Assembly (NCBI GenBank): GCA_965204865.1
Contig: OZ242027.1
Coordinates: forward strand, 2,243,986-2,307,985
Length of the DNA stretch: 64,000 bases
Direction of reading: 5' to 3'
Source: Dehalococcoidia bacterium
GTDB lineage: Bacteria > Chloroflexota > Dehalococcoidia > Lucifugimonadales > UBA3495
A program made the position numbers and the translations under genes. Positions within the stretch are counted from its first letter, which is position 1; each line of letters opens with the position of its first letter. Below are positions 19,143 to 28,032 of this stretch, piece by piece. The notes beneath the pieces were generated by a model. It saw only the letters and a list, made by a program, of their open reading frames with translations, was not told the DNA's origin and searched no databases.

Positions 19143-19171
19143 TTGACACTATCACGCCCCAACAACATAAT
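19143..19171 (+). promoter_or_regulatory. sigma70-like promoter candidate for pncB
   Basis: TTGACA-N17-CATAAT, 36 nt upstream of ATG 19207. Confidence 0.4.
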
Positions 19172-19206
19172 ACGGACACTCCATCACTGGCGGTTTTACC
19201 TGCCCC

Positions 19207-20598
19207 ATGAGCAGACCCAACCTGGCACATAGCGACGGCCAACTGGGGTTGTTCACCGACCTCTACGAGTTGACCATGGCCCAGGCTTATTTCAGCCAGG
19301 GTATGGACTCCCCGGCCACCTTCGGCCTCACTGTTCGCAGCTACCCTCCCAACCGCGGCTATCTTGTTTCCGCCGGCCTTGATGACGTTCTTGATTACCT
19401 GTCCCGGTTGCAGTTCGACGACGACGCCATCGACTATCTCCGCTCCCTCGGTTCCTTCACCGCCGACTTCCTGGGCTACCTGCGGGGCGTCCAGTTTACG
19501 GGCAGCGTCCGGGCCATCCCGGACGGGCGGCTGTTCTTCGCCGACGAGCCGCTGCTGGAAATCACCGCGCCCATAATCGAAGCGCAACTCGTAGAGACCT
19601 ACGTCATAAACCAGATGAACCTGCAAACGTCCCTTGCCACCAAGGCGGCCCGCTGCGTCTGGGCCGCTCAGGGAAGGGGCATCGCCGACTTCGCTTCCCG
19701 GCGCACCCATGGTTCCGACGCTGCTATGAAGATGGCCCGCGCCAGCTACATCGCCGGGTTCGCCTCTACCAGCAACGTACTGGCCGCCAGCCACTACGGC
19801 ATCCCGCCCGCTGGTACCATGGCCCATTCCTTCATATCCAGCTTCCCTTCCGAGCTGGACGCCTTCCGTGCCTACGCCCGCAGCTTCCCAGACCGCACCG
19901 TCCTCCTGCTGGACACCTACGACACCGTGGCCGGAGCCTGGAACGCGGTCACCATCGCCAAAGAGTTGGAAGCCGACGGCCACCGCCTGACCGCCGTGCG
20001 GCTGGACTCCGGCGACTACGCCGAGTTGAGCCGTCAAGTGCGGCGGGTTCTGGACGGCGAGGGTCTGAATTACGTGAAGGTGCTGGTCAGCGGCGGGCTG
20101 GACGAATACGAGCTGGACTCGCTGGTGCAGGACGGCGCGCCCATTGACCTGTTCGGAGTCGGCACCAAGGCCGGCGTGTCCGCCGACGCGCCCTGGTCGG
20201 ACATGGTGTACAAGATTGTCTGCTTTGACGGGCGCCCCGTGATGAAGCTCAGCGAAGGCAAGGTGTCCCTGCCGGGCTCAAAGCAGATATTCCGGCGGTG
20301 CGATGAAGACGGCTGGTTGTCGGGCGACATCATCGGCTTGCAGGAAGAGTCCGGGCCGGTCGACACAGAGCCGTTGTTGCAGGAAGTAATGGCCGACGGC
20401 ATCCGCATCGCGCCACCTAGCACCGCCACGGAGCTGCGCGACAGTTTCCGCGAAGAGTTTGCATGGCTGGCTCCTCGCTTCAAGAACCTGCACCGCCCGC
20501 CGCAGTTCCCGGTGTCCATCAGCCCCCGCCTGCAACGAATGACCGCCGAAGTGCGGGAAGAGGCGGTGCTGACCAACGTTTCGGCAGAGTCTCCATAG
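19207..20598 (+). CDS. pncB: nicotinate phosphoribosyltransferase
   Basis: 463 aa; LFTDLYELTMAQAY N-terminus and GTMAHSFI motif typical of NAPRTase. Confidence 0.88.
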   Translation: MSRPNLAHSDGQLGLFTDLYELTMAQAYFSQGMDSPATFGLTVRSYPPNRGYLVSAGLDDVLDYLSRLQFDDDAIDYLRSLGSFTADFLGYLRGVQFTGSVRAIPDGRLFFADEPLLEITAPIIEAQLVETYVINQMNLQTSLATKAARCVWAAQGRGIADFASRRTHGSDAAMKMARASYIAGFASTSNVLAASHYGIPPAGTMAHSFISSFPSELDAFRAYARSFPDRTVLLLDTYDTVAGAWNAVTIAKELEADGHRLTAVRLDSGDYAELSRQVRRVLDGEGLNYVKVLVSGGLDEYELDSLVQDGAPIDLFGVGTKAGVSADAPWSDMVYKIVCFDGRPVMKLSEGKVSLPGSKQIFRRCDEDGWLSGDIIGLQEESGPVDTEPLLQEVMADGIRIAPPSTATELRDSFREEFAWLAPRFKNLHRPPQFPVSISPRLQRMTAEVREEAVLTNVSAESP

Positions 20599-20614
20599 CC
20601 ATATATCCAAAGGG

Positions 20615-20655
20615 GACGCCCTCACCCTAACCCTCTCCCTCTGGGAGAGGGGATT
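20615..20655 (+). repeat. REP-A copy (near consensus)
   Basis: GACGCCCTCACCCTAACCCTCTCCCtctGGGAGAGGGgatt; spacer pncB/etf. Confidence 0.9.
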
Positions 20656-20693
20656 TGTTCGCTACTCCAATTCGCCAATGGAAGTGACCGCCC

Positions 20694-22544
20694 ATGAAAA
20701 CCGCCGTCTGCATGAAATACGTCCCCGTCATCGCCCGGATGCGGTTCGACTACGAAGCCAGGACCATCATCCGCGAGGGCGTGCCTTCCGAGGTCAACCC
20801 CTTCGACGTTCTCGGCCTGGTGCGGGCGGTGGAGCTGAAAACCGCGTCCCCCGCTCCCGAAGATGACGAGGTCGTGGTGCTGACCATGGGGCCTCCCGGC
20901 GCCGCCGAGGGGCTGACCGAATGCCTGGCCCTGGGCGCAGACCGGGGCGTGCTGGTCACCGACCGCGCCTTGGCGGGCAGCGACACGCTGGCTACCTCCC
21001 GCGCCCTGGCGCTGGCCCTGGGCCGCGAGCAGCCCGACCTCATCATCTGCGGGCGCAACAGCACCGACGGCGAGACCGGACAGGTCGGCCCGGAGGTGGC
21101 CGAGCTCATGGGCCTGCCCCACGTCAGCCACGTTAGGCGGCTGGAGCTCAGCGACGACCGGCGCACCGCCATCGTCGAGCGCATCACCGACGAGGGCTTC
21201 CAGACCCTGGAATGCGACCTGCCCGCGGTCATCTGCGTAACCGAGGGAGTCGCGCCGGAGCTTTTCCCCAACCGCCAGCAGATGGAAGAGGCGGCCACCA
21301 AGCCGGTGGAGGAAGTCAGTTGCGCCCAACTGTCTGACGACCCGACGCAGTTCGGGTCGCAAGGCTCCCCTACCTGGGTCAACGAAATCCGCTTGGTGGA
21401 ACCCAATCGCCTCGGCGTCACTCTACAGGAAGTGACGCCCGAAGACGCCGCGCGGCAGATAGCCGACTCCGTGAAGGAACAACTGGCCGTCCTTCGACAA
21501 GCTCAGGATGACAATGGTGAGCCGGAAGCGCTGCCCCGTTATCCCGGCGTTACGAAACGCAGCATTTGGGTGGTCGCCGAAAATTCCCGAGATGGCCTGG
21601 CCCACGTCACCCTCGAGATGCTGGGCAAGGCCCGCGAACTGACCTCAGTAACCCGCAGCGAGGTGGCGGCGCTGGTCATAGCGTTGGGCGGCGAATCCCA
21701 CGCCCCGGCTTTGGCCGCTGCCGGAGCCGACCGCGTGATGGTGCTGGACAACTCCGAAATCGGGCCGGTGTCCAGCCGCGCCGTGGGCAATGCCCTAGCC
21801 GCCGCCGTGGAACGTGAAACACCCTACGCCATCCTATTCGCCTCCACTGCCGACGGGCGCGACCTAGCGTCACGGCTGGCGGCGCGGTTGAGCCTGGGAC
21901 TAACCGGCGACGCCATTGACCTGGAAATCGACGACGAAGGCAGCTTGGTGCAGTTGAAACCCGCCCTCGGCGGAAACGTGGTGGCTCCCATACTGTCCAA
22001 GACCCTGCCCAACCTGGTAACTCTGCGGCCCGGCCTGCTGACACCGGCGACAGCGGAACCCGGCGCTGAAGCCGTGGTGGAACACCTTTCCGCCGAACCC
22101 TTCGACGGGGCCGACGTGCGGCTCGTCGGCGAGGAGTTCCAGGAAGACACCGAGGGGCTGGACTTGGCCCGGGCGCGGATAGTTGTCGGGCTGGGTATGG
22201 GCGTGGAGGAAGAAAACGTGGCGGCGCTGGTGGAGACGGCCCGCTCCATCGGCGCGTCGGTCGCCACTACCCGCGACGTGGTGCACGCCGGCTGGCTGCC
22301 CCAGCAGTTGCAGGTGGGCATCAGCGGCCGCACCATCGCCCCCACGGTCTACATCGCCGTCGGCATACGCGGCGCGTTCAACCACACCGTCGGATTGCAG
22401 CGGGCGGGCATCATCGTCGCCATAAACCAGAACCGCCGCGCCACCATCTTCCGGTCATCGGACTTCGGCGTGGTAGGCACGTGGCAGGAGTTCCTGCCGC
22501 CACTGATTGAGCAACTGCGGCCAGTGCTGGCCGAGTTGGGTTAG
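20694..22544 (+). CDS. electron transfer flavoprotein, fused beta-alpha subunits
   Basis: 616 aa; N-terminal EtfB-like (MKTAVCMKYVP..LTMGP..ICGRNSTDGETGQVG), C-terminal EtfA FAD domain (VATTRDVVHAGW..QVGISGRTIAP.VYIAVGIRGAFNH). Confidence 0.85.
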   Translation: MKTAVCMKYVPVIARMRFDYEARTIIREGVPSEVNPFDVLGLVRAVELKTASPAPEDDEVVVLTMGPPGAAEGLTECLALGADRGVLVTDRALAGSDTLATSRALALALGREQPDLIICGRNSTDGETGQVGPEVAELMGLPHVSHVRRLELSDDRRTAIVERITDEGFQTLECDLPAVICVTEGVAPELFPNRQQMEEAATKPVEEVSCAQLSDDPTQFGSQGSPTWVNEIRLVEPNRLGVTLQEVTPEDAARQIADSVKEQLAVLRQAQDDNGEPEALPRYPGVTKRSIWVVAENSRDGLAHVTLEMLGKARELTSVTRSEVAALVIALGGESHAPALAAAGADRVMVLDNSEIGPVSSRAVGNALAAAVERETPYAILFASTADGRDLASRLAARLSLGLTGDAIDLEIDDEGSLVQLKPALGGNVVAPILSKTLPNLVTLRPGLLTPATAEPGAEAVVEHLSAEPFDGADVRLVGEEFQEDTEGLDLARARIVVGLGMGVEEENVAALVETARSIGASVATTRDVVHAGWLPQQLQVGISGRTIAPTVYIAVGIRGAFNHTVGLQRAGIIVAINQNRRATIFRSSDFGVVGTWQEFLPPLIEQLRPVLAELG

Positions 22545-22549
22545 GAGTA

Positions 22550-22587
22550 CGCCGCCACCCTAACTCTCCCCCGGAGGGAGAGGGAAG
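22550..22587 (+). repeat. REP-A copy (diverged)
   Basis: cgccgCCACCCTAACTCTCCCCCggaGGGAGAGGGaag; spacer etf/prpD-family. Confidence 0.75.
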
Positions 22588-22602
22588 AGGAGTTGGAAGA
22601 TC

Positions 22603-23964
22603 ATGTCAGTTACCGAGCGACTGGCCCAACACATTGCCTCGGCCAGCTTCGACGCGATGCCGCCGGAAGCGGTGGAGGCGGCAAAAGTGGTCATACTCGA
22701 CGGCCTTGCCGTCACGCTGGCCGGGTCGCAGGAAACGGCGGCGCAGATTGTGGCCGAATACGCCCGCGAAATGGGCGGCCATCCGCAGTGTTCCGCCTTC
22801 GGCCACGGCTTCAGGACCTCGCCGCCCATGGCCGCCTTCGTCAACGGCGTGGCCGGCCACGTGCTGGACTACGAAGTTATGTGGCACCCGGCCACTCACG
22901 CCACGTCACCGACGCTGCCGGGCATCATGGCGCTGGCCGAAAGCCGGAGCGCCAACGGGCAGGACATCCTGACTGCGCTGATAACCGGCTTCGAGGTGCA
23001 GGGGCGTATACGAGTTGCCTCGGCGGAGTTGAGCCTGGAGGGGTTCCACCCGCCGGGGCTGGTGGGCGTGATGGGCAGCGCCGCCGCCGGTTCGGTGATG
23101 CTGGGGCTGGACACCCAGCAGACCCGCATGGCGCTGGGGATCGCGGCATCGCGGGCCGGTACGGTTTCCGCCAACACCGGCACCATGACCAAGTCCACCC
23201 ACTGCGGCAACGCCGGACGCATGGGGCTGGAGGCCGCGCTGCTGGCCGCCAAGGGCTTCACCGCCAACGCCAACATATTCGAGCATGAAACGGGCTACGC
23301 CGCCGTTCTCTTCGAGGATGGCTTCGACCTCGAAGCCGTAACCCGCGATTTCGGCAGCCCCTACCGGCTGGTTGACCCCGGCGTAGCCATCAAGAAGCAT
23401 CCCAGCCAGTACGGCACCCACCGGGGCATAGACGCCGCCCTGGACTTGCAGCAACGATACTCCGTTGACCCGGAACGCATCGCCGCCGTGCGCATCGAGA
23501 CGCCGGTAATGCGTTATGTGGGCCGCCCCTACCCGGAGACCGGGCTGGACGGCAAGTTCAGCTTTCAGTACACCGTGGCGGCGTCCCTGCTGGACCGGCG
23601 CATCGGCATCGAGACCTTCACCGACGAAGCGGTGCATCGGCCGCAAATCAAGGCCCTTTTGGACAAGACCACCGTGGACATGAGGCCCGAAATCCCGGCC
23701 AACTTCGAGGAAATGTGGGTCGCCGTCCGCGTCGAAACCACCGACGGCCAGACCTACGTCAGCCGCTGCAACCGGCCCCGCGGCATCTGGGGCAACCCGC
23801 TGAGCCGCGAGGAACGGCTGGCCAAGGTGCGCTCCTGCGCGTCGCGGGTTCTGCCCGACGTCCAAGTGGACCTGATGATCGAAACCGTGGAAGATATGGA
23901 GAACGCCGACAGCAAACGTGTGCAGGACTTGATTGCCACGTTGGGCAATAGGCCGTCTAGCTAA
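22603..23964 (+). CDS. MmgE/PrpD-family protein
   Basis: 453 aa; typical PrpD-family N-terminus (..LAQHIASASFDAMPPEAVEAAKVVILDGLAV..). Confidence 0.85.
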   Translation: MSVTERLAQHIASASFDAMPPEAVEAAKVVILDGLAVTLAGSQETAAQIVAEYAREMGGHPQCSAFGHGFRTSPPMAAFVNGVAGHVLDYEVMWHPATHATSPTLPGIMALAESRSANGQDILTALITGFEVQGRIRVASAELSLEGFHPPGLVGVMGSAAAGSVMLGLDTQQTRMALGIAASRAGTVSANTGTMTKSTHCGNAGRMGLEAALLAAKGFTANANIFEHETGYAAVLFEDGFDLEAVTRDFGSPYRLVDPGVAIKKHPSQYGTHRGIDAALDLQQRYSVDPERIAAVRIETPVMRYVGRPYPETGLDGKFSFQYTVAASLLDRRIGIETFTDEAVHRPQIKALLDKTTVDMRPEIPANFEEMWVAVRVETTDGQTYVSRCNRPRGIWGNPLSREERLAKVRSCASRVLPDVQVDLMIETVEDMENADSKRVQDLIATLGNRPSS

Positions 23965-24953
23965 CCCGATGTGCAAGTTCTACCATGCAAGCAACTTGTC
24001 GAATTGGAGTGGTGGATTTCCTTGCTCCTGATTGAGGCTGAAAGCCAGGGTATGGCTAAGCACCTTGCGCAGCAACCGAGCTTGCAGATGCCAGATGTCC
24101 CTGGCCCAGACCTGTTTGGCTTGAAAGCGCTCAACCAATTGACTGAAGACGGTCTCGATGCGGTAACGGGGCCGGCTGAGTTGGTAACTCCTCTGGGGCC
24201 AAGGGTCTTTTTTCTTCGACTTGAAGGGGGCCAGCAGGGTCAGGCCTTGGCTGCGCAACTCCCCAGTCAGGGTCGGGGACCAGTAGTTGCGGTCACCCAG
24301 CAGGACCCCCTGGGCATCTCCAGCCAGTTCGGGGACCATGGCCAGGTCATGCACGTTGGCTGGGGCCAAGCCGAAGCCGGTGATCAACCCCGGCCAGTTC
24401 AGACGCAAGTGCGCCCGGAAACCATAGAAGGTCTGCCGGGCTACGTCATCCCTCCCGAAAGCAGCTTCTCCCCGGAACCGCTGACAGCGGTGGGCTCTGG
24501 CGAAGCGGCAGACTGGCAGGGGAAAGCTGTCCACTATGGACAAGGCCGGGTCGTACCGGATGGAACCCAGGAGGATTTGCCAGACCTGCTCCTTGACCCA
24601 CCAGAGGTTGGCGGCTTGGCGCACGAAAGTGGTGCGGCAGACTCGCGCCATAGCCGGAAAGAAGTGGCTGTAGTGGTGGCGGAAGTAGCGGTAGAGGGCC
24701 GTATCCTGGCCCAAGCCCAGAAATTCGCCCACTGCCTCCATGGTCAGCACTTCAGCATCGGACAACGAAGGTTCGGGTCCACTCCGCCGGAGCCGTTGTC
24801 TCTGGAAAAGGCTCTGCAAAGCATCATCTATCCGGCAAAAGACTGCTATGATTTTGGTATCCAGGTCCATCACACACCTCCACTGGGAACCGCAACTCTA
24901 GTAGAGGTGTTTGGACCTGGATTTTCAACCCCTTTATAACTTGCACATCGGGT
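23964..24953 (-). mobile_element. IS982-family insertion sequence, apparently intact
   Basis: 16-bp perfect terminal inverted repeats ACCCGATGTGCAAGTT (23964-79 / 24938-53) flanked by TAGCTA on both sides (23958-63, 24954-59); single transposase ORF. Confidence 0.8.
23980..24873 (-). CDS. IS982-family DDE transposase
   Basis: 297 aa; IVDSFPLPVC, APANVHD, LLGDRNY, RYRIETVFSQL motifs as I recall for IS982 transposases. Confidence 0.8.
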   Translation of the reverse strand: MMDLDTKIIAVFCRIDDALQSLFQRQRLRRSGPEPSLSDAEVLTMEAVGEFLGLGQDTALYRYFRHHYSHFFPAMARVCRTTFVRQAANLWWVKEQVWQILLGSIRYDPALSIVDSFPLPVCRFARAHRCQRFRGEAAFGRDDVARQTFYGFRAHLRLNWPGLITGFGLAPANVHDLAMVPELAGDAQGVLLGDRNYWSPTLTGELRSQGLTLLAPFKSKKKDPWPQRSYQLSRPRYRIETVFSQLVERFQAKQVWARDIWHLQARLLRKVLSHTLAFSLNQEQGNPPLQFDKLLAW

Positions 24954-25122
24954 TAGCTAATAGGAGAGTCTTTCGATTCTTCGTCTGAACTGTGATTTTT
25001 CTGATTCCGGGATTGCCATGATTGGGAAATCATGTTAATCCGTTAATCACATGAATCACAGTTCAGACAGTTCCTGTCGGAATCGGCTTTGCAATCGTCC
25101 TGTCCGTCTGACAATCCTTTAC

Positions 25123-25151
25123 TTGACACTGCTAACCTCGCGCAAGACAAT
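25123..25151 (+). promoter_or_regulatory. sigma70-like promoter candidate for acyl-CoA dehydrogenase genes
   Basis: TTGACA-N17-GACAAT, 60 nt upstream of ATG 25211, in AT-rich spacer. Confidence 0.35.
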
Positions 25152-25210
25152 GACACAGGCATTCGCTCGTTTGCAACGCCGCTATCCATACGACGGGCAA
25201 AGGTGGGAGC

Positions 25211-26413
25211 ATGGACTTTGGATATACCCCTGAACAGGAAGCCCTGGGACGGGAAGTGCAGCAATTTATCGCTGAGAACGTTACCGATGACGTCCTCGGC
25301 GAACTCGAAACCGCCGAAGAGGGCGGGCGCGGCGTCCACTACCGCGAACTCATCCGCAAGGTTGCCGAGCGCAATTGGATCGGCATAAGCTGGCCCAAAG
25401 AATACGGCGGGCAGGGTGGCAGCCGCATCGAGCAGTATATCGTCGAGGAAGAGTTCGCCCGCGTCGGCGTCGCCGTCGGCGGAGCGGGCAGCGGCGCGCC
25501 GGCCATCCTGGCCGCAGGCACCGAAGAGCAGAAGCAGGAATTCATCCCGGGGATGATCAAGGGCGATATCATCTTCGCCCTCGGCTTCACCGAGCCGCAG
25601 GCGGGCGCAGACCTGGCCGGCCTCCAGTGCCGGGCCGTGCGCGACGGCGATGAGTACGTCATCAACGGCCAGAAGATGTACACCTCGGCGGCCCACTACG
25701 CCACCCATATCTACCTGATGGCCCGCACCGACCCCGACGCGCCCCGGCATCGCGGCATATCCATCTTCCTGGTTCCGATGGATACCCCCGGCATCACCGT
25801 GCGCCCCTTATGGACCATCCAGAGCGACCCGCCCGCGCCACTGGGCACTACCTATGGCATGGCCCGCACCAACGAGACCTTCTTCGAGGACGTGCGCGTC
25901 CCTGCGTCCATGATGCTGGGCGAAGAAAACGCCGGCTGGTACGTCGGCGCCATGGGCCTGAACTTGGACCGGGTCGGGGCCAGCCGCTACCTGATTTCGG
26001 TTCGTCGCGACGAAGACATCGTCAACTGGGTCAAGGAAAACGACTTCGGCGGCCACTCTCCCGCCGACGACCCGGCCGTCCGCGACAAGCTGGCCGAGCT
26101 GTGGACCGAGGCGCAGGTCTGCCGCCTGATGACCATGCGCAGTATGTCGCTGGTGGAGCGCGGCGGCAACTTCACCTACGAAGGCTCGGCGGAGAAGGTC
26201 TGGGCGCCCGAGCATGGCGTCCACACCACCGAGACCATCACCCAGATTCTTGGCCCTTACGCCACGCTACTCAGCAGCTCGGAAGAGGCCATCGACGAGG
26301 GCATATTTGCCCACAACGTCATGGGCGCTTTCCAGTCGGGCATCAACCACGGCAGCGTCCAGGTGATGCGCGACCAGATGGCCCGCCGCGGGCTGGGAAT
26401 GCCGCGAGGCTAA
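25211..26413 (+). CDS. acyl-CoA dehydrogenase family protein
   Basis: 400 aa; WPKEYGGQG, FALGFTEPQAGADL, YTSAAH motifs. Confidence 0.88.
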   Translation: MDFGYTPEQEALGREVQQFIAENVTDDVLGELETAEEGGRGVHYRELIRKVAERNWIGISWPKEYGGQGGSRIEQYIVEEEFARVGVAVGGAGSGAPAILAAGTEEQKQEFIPGMIKGDIIFALGFTEPQAGADLAGLQCRAVRDGDEYVINGQKMYTSAAHYATHIYLMARTDPDAPRHRGISIFLVPMDTPGITVRPLWTIQSDPPAPLGTTYGMARTNETFFEDVRVPASMMLGEENAGWYVGAMGLNLDRVGASRYLISVRRDEDIVNWVKENDFGGHSPADDPAVRDKLAELWTEAQVCRLMTMRSMSLVERGGNFTYEGSAEKVWAPEHGVHTTETITQILGPYATLLSSSEEAIDEGIFAHNVMGAFQSGINHGSVQVMRDQMARRGLGMPRG

Positions 26414-26433
26414 GGATGCGTACAGGGCGGAAA

Positions 26434-26474
26434 GACGCTCTCACCCTAACCCTCTCCCTCTGGGGGAGGGAATT
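26434..26474 (+). repeat. REP-A copy
   Basis: GACGCTCTCACCCTAACCCTCTCCCtctGGGGGAGGGaatt; spacer between the two ACAD genes. Confidence 0.9.
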
Positions 26475-26486
26475 ATCAAGGATAAT

Positions 26487-27656
26487 ATGGACATACTTCC
26501 CTCTGAAGAAGAACAACTGCTCAAGAACGCGGCCCGCGAGTTCCTGGAGGCCGAGGTCTCCACGGCTCTGGTGCGCGAGATGGAGCTGGACGAAAACGGC
26601 TATCCGCCCGCTCTCTGGCAGCAGATGGCAGACTTGGGCTGGCTTGGCCTGGCAATACCGGAACAGTACGGCGGCCAGGGACTTCCGCTGACCTACATGG
26701 GCCTCGTCATGGAAGAAATGGGCCGTGTTCTGGCTCCGGTGCCGCTGCACAGCACCATGGTCGCCGCCCTGACTGTCGCTGAGTCCGGCTCAGAGGAACA
26801 GAAGCGCGAACTGCTGCCCGCCGTTTGCAGCGGCAGCATGGTAATGACCTGGGCCGTTATCGAGCGCGACCCGCGTCTCATCCCGTCTGCCATAGCCCAG
26901 CAGGCCCAACCCGACGGCGACAGCTGGATCCTCAACGGCGAAAAGATGTTCGTCGACAATTTCAACGTCGCCCGCCGCTGCCTGGTGGCGGCGCGGACGG
27001 CCCCAGCGTCCGACGACAACGAAGGCATCTCGCTGTTCCTCATCGACCCCAACGGCGTCGGCGTTTCGCAAACGCCGCTGGTGACCATCGCCAAGGACAA
27101 GCAGAGCCGCGTTTCCTTCAACAACGTGAGAGTTGGCAACGCCGATCTGGTGGGCGAACTGCACAACGGGTGGCCCATAGTCGAGCGGATGCTGGAGCGG
27201 GCCACCGCCCTGCTGTGCTGCCAGATGCTGGGGGCAACCAGGAAGGACGCCGATATGGCCATCGAGTACGCCAAGAACCGCGTCGCCTTTGGCCGCCCCA
27301 TTGCTGCCTTCCAGTCAATCCAGCACATGTGCGCGGATATGATTCTCTTCACCGACGGCGTGCAGCTCCTTACCTACGAGGCTCTCTGGAAGATGGACCA
27401 GGGCCTGCCCGCCGGGGTGGAGGTCTCCCAGGCCAAGGCTTTCGCCAACGAGAAGTGCGAGGCGGTGGTCAGGCAGTCCCAGGTCATCCACGGCGGCATC
27501 GGCTTTATGATGGAGTTCGACCTTCACTTGTGGTTGCGCCGCGTGTCGGCCTGGACCATGCGCTTGGGCACCACCTTCGACCACCGCGCCAAGATCGCCA
27601 GCGCGCTGCTGGACAAGCCGGGCAAGGTGCGTCTTGGTCTGCCGCTGCCCACTTAG
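26487..27656 (+). CDS. acyl-CoA dehydrogenase family protein
   Basis: 389 aa; IPEQYGGQG, YAKNRVAFGRPIAAFQ, IHGGIGF motifs. Confidence 0.88.
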   Translation: MDILPSEEEQLLKNAAREFLEAEVSTALVREMELDENGYPPALWQQMADLGWLGLAIPEQYGGQGLPLTYMGLVMEEMGRVLAPVPLHSTMVAALTVAESGSEEQKRELLPAVCSGSMVMTWAVIERDPRLIPSAIAQQAQPDGDSWILNGEKMFVDNFNVARRCLVAARTAPASDDNEGISLFLIDPNGVGVSQTPLVTIAKDKQSRVSFNNVRVGNADLVGELHNGWPIVERMLERATALLCCQMLGATRKDADMAIEYAKNRVAFGRPIAAFQSIQHMCADMILFTDGVQLLTYEALWKMDQGLPAGVEVSQAKAFANEKCEAVVRQSQVIHGGIGFMMEFDLHLWLRRVSAWTMRLGTTFDHRAKIASALLDKPGKVRLGLPLPT

Positions 27657-27670
27657 AAACGCTCTCAAAA

Positions 27671-27709
27671 GTTCCCTCTCCCTTGAGGGAGAGGGTTAGG
27701 GTGAGGGTG
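27671..27709 (-). repeat. REP-A copy
   Basis: gttCCCTCTCCCttgaGGGAGAGGGTTAGGGTGAGGGtg. Confidence 0.9.
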
Positions 27710-27769
27710 ATAAGGTAGTGCAGGCAGGCCGCCGCGAAATCCGAAGTCCTTTCAACCGGAGAGTTAAAG

Positions 27770-27970
27770 ATGGCCAAAGACCCCGTTTGCGGGAAGGAAA
27801 TAGACGAAGCGCAGGCTCGCGCCCAGACATCCCAGACCCGCCACGGCGCTTCCGAAGTTGACCCGACTCAGGGAACCCGCATCTTCCACGACGGCAGTTG
27901 GATTTACTTCTGCGGCCTAGACTGCCGCACCAAGTTCCTGGCAAGCCCGGCGACTTACACCTCTGGCTAG
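27770..27970 (+). CDS. YHS-domain protein
   Basis: 66 aa; DPVCGKEI... and FCGLDCRTKF pattern of YHS/TRASH metal-binding domain. Confidence 0.7.
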   Translation: MAKDPVCGKEIDEAQARAQTSQTRHGASEVDPTQGTRIFHDGSWIYFCGLDCRTKFLASPATYTSG

Positions 27971-27977
27971 ACCTTGG

Positions 27978-28017
27978 GACACCCCCACCCTAACCCTCCC
28001 CCTAAGGGGGAGGGAAT
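27978..28017 (+). repeat. REP-A copy
   Basis: gacaCCCCCACCCTAACCCTCCCCCtaaGGGGGAGGGaat. Confidence 0.85.
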
Positions 28018-28032
28018 GAAAGGAGCGTCACT

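Noticed and set aside
19096-20037. 313-aa minus-strand ORF antisense to pncB
   Set aside because: Shadow ORF; Gly/Val/Ala-rich with no motifs, and the opposite strand encodes a well-supported NAPRTase.
20621-20640. TTAGGG/CCCTAA telomere-like hexamers
   Set aside because: These are single occurrences embedded in the REP-A consensus, not tandem telomeric arrays.
22906-23976. 356-aa minus-strand ORF antisense to the MmgE/PrpD gene
   Set aside because: Same reasoning; antisense to a full-length family member, with low-complexity composition.
23971-24939. 322-aa plus-strand ORF inside the IS element
   Set aside because: It is antisense to the transposase ORF, which carries the recognisable IS982-type motifs. 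IS982 elements encode a single transposase.
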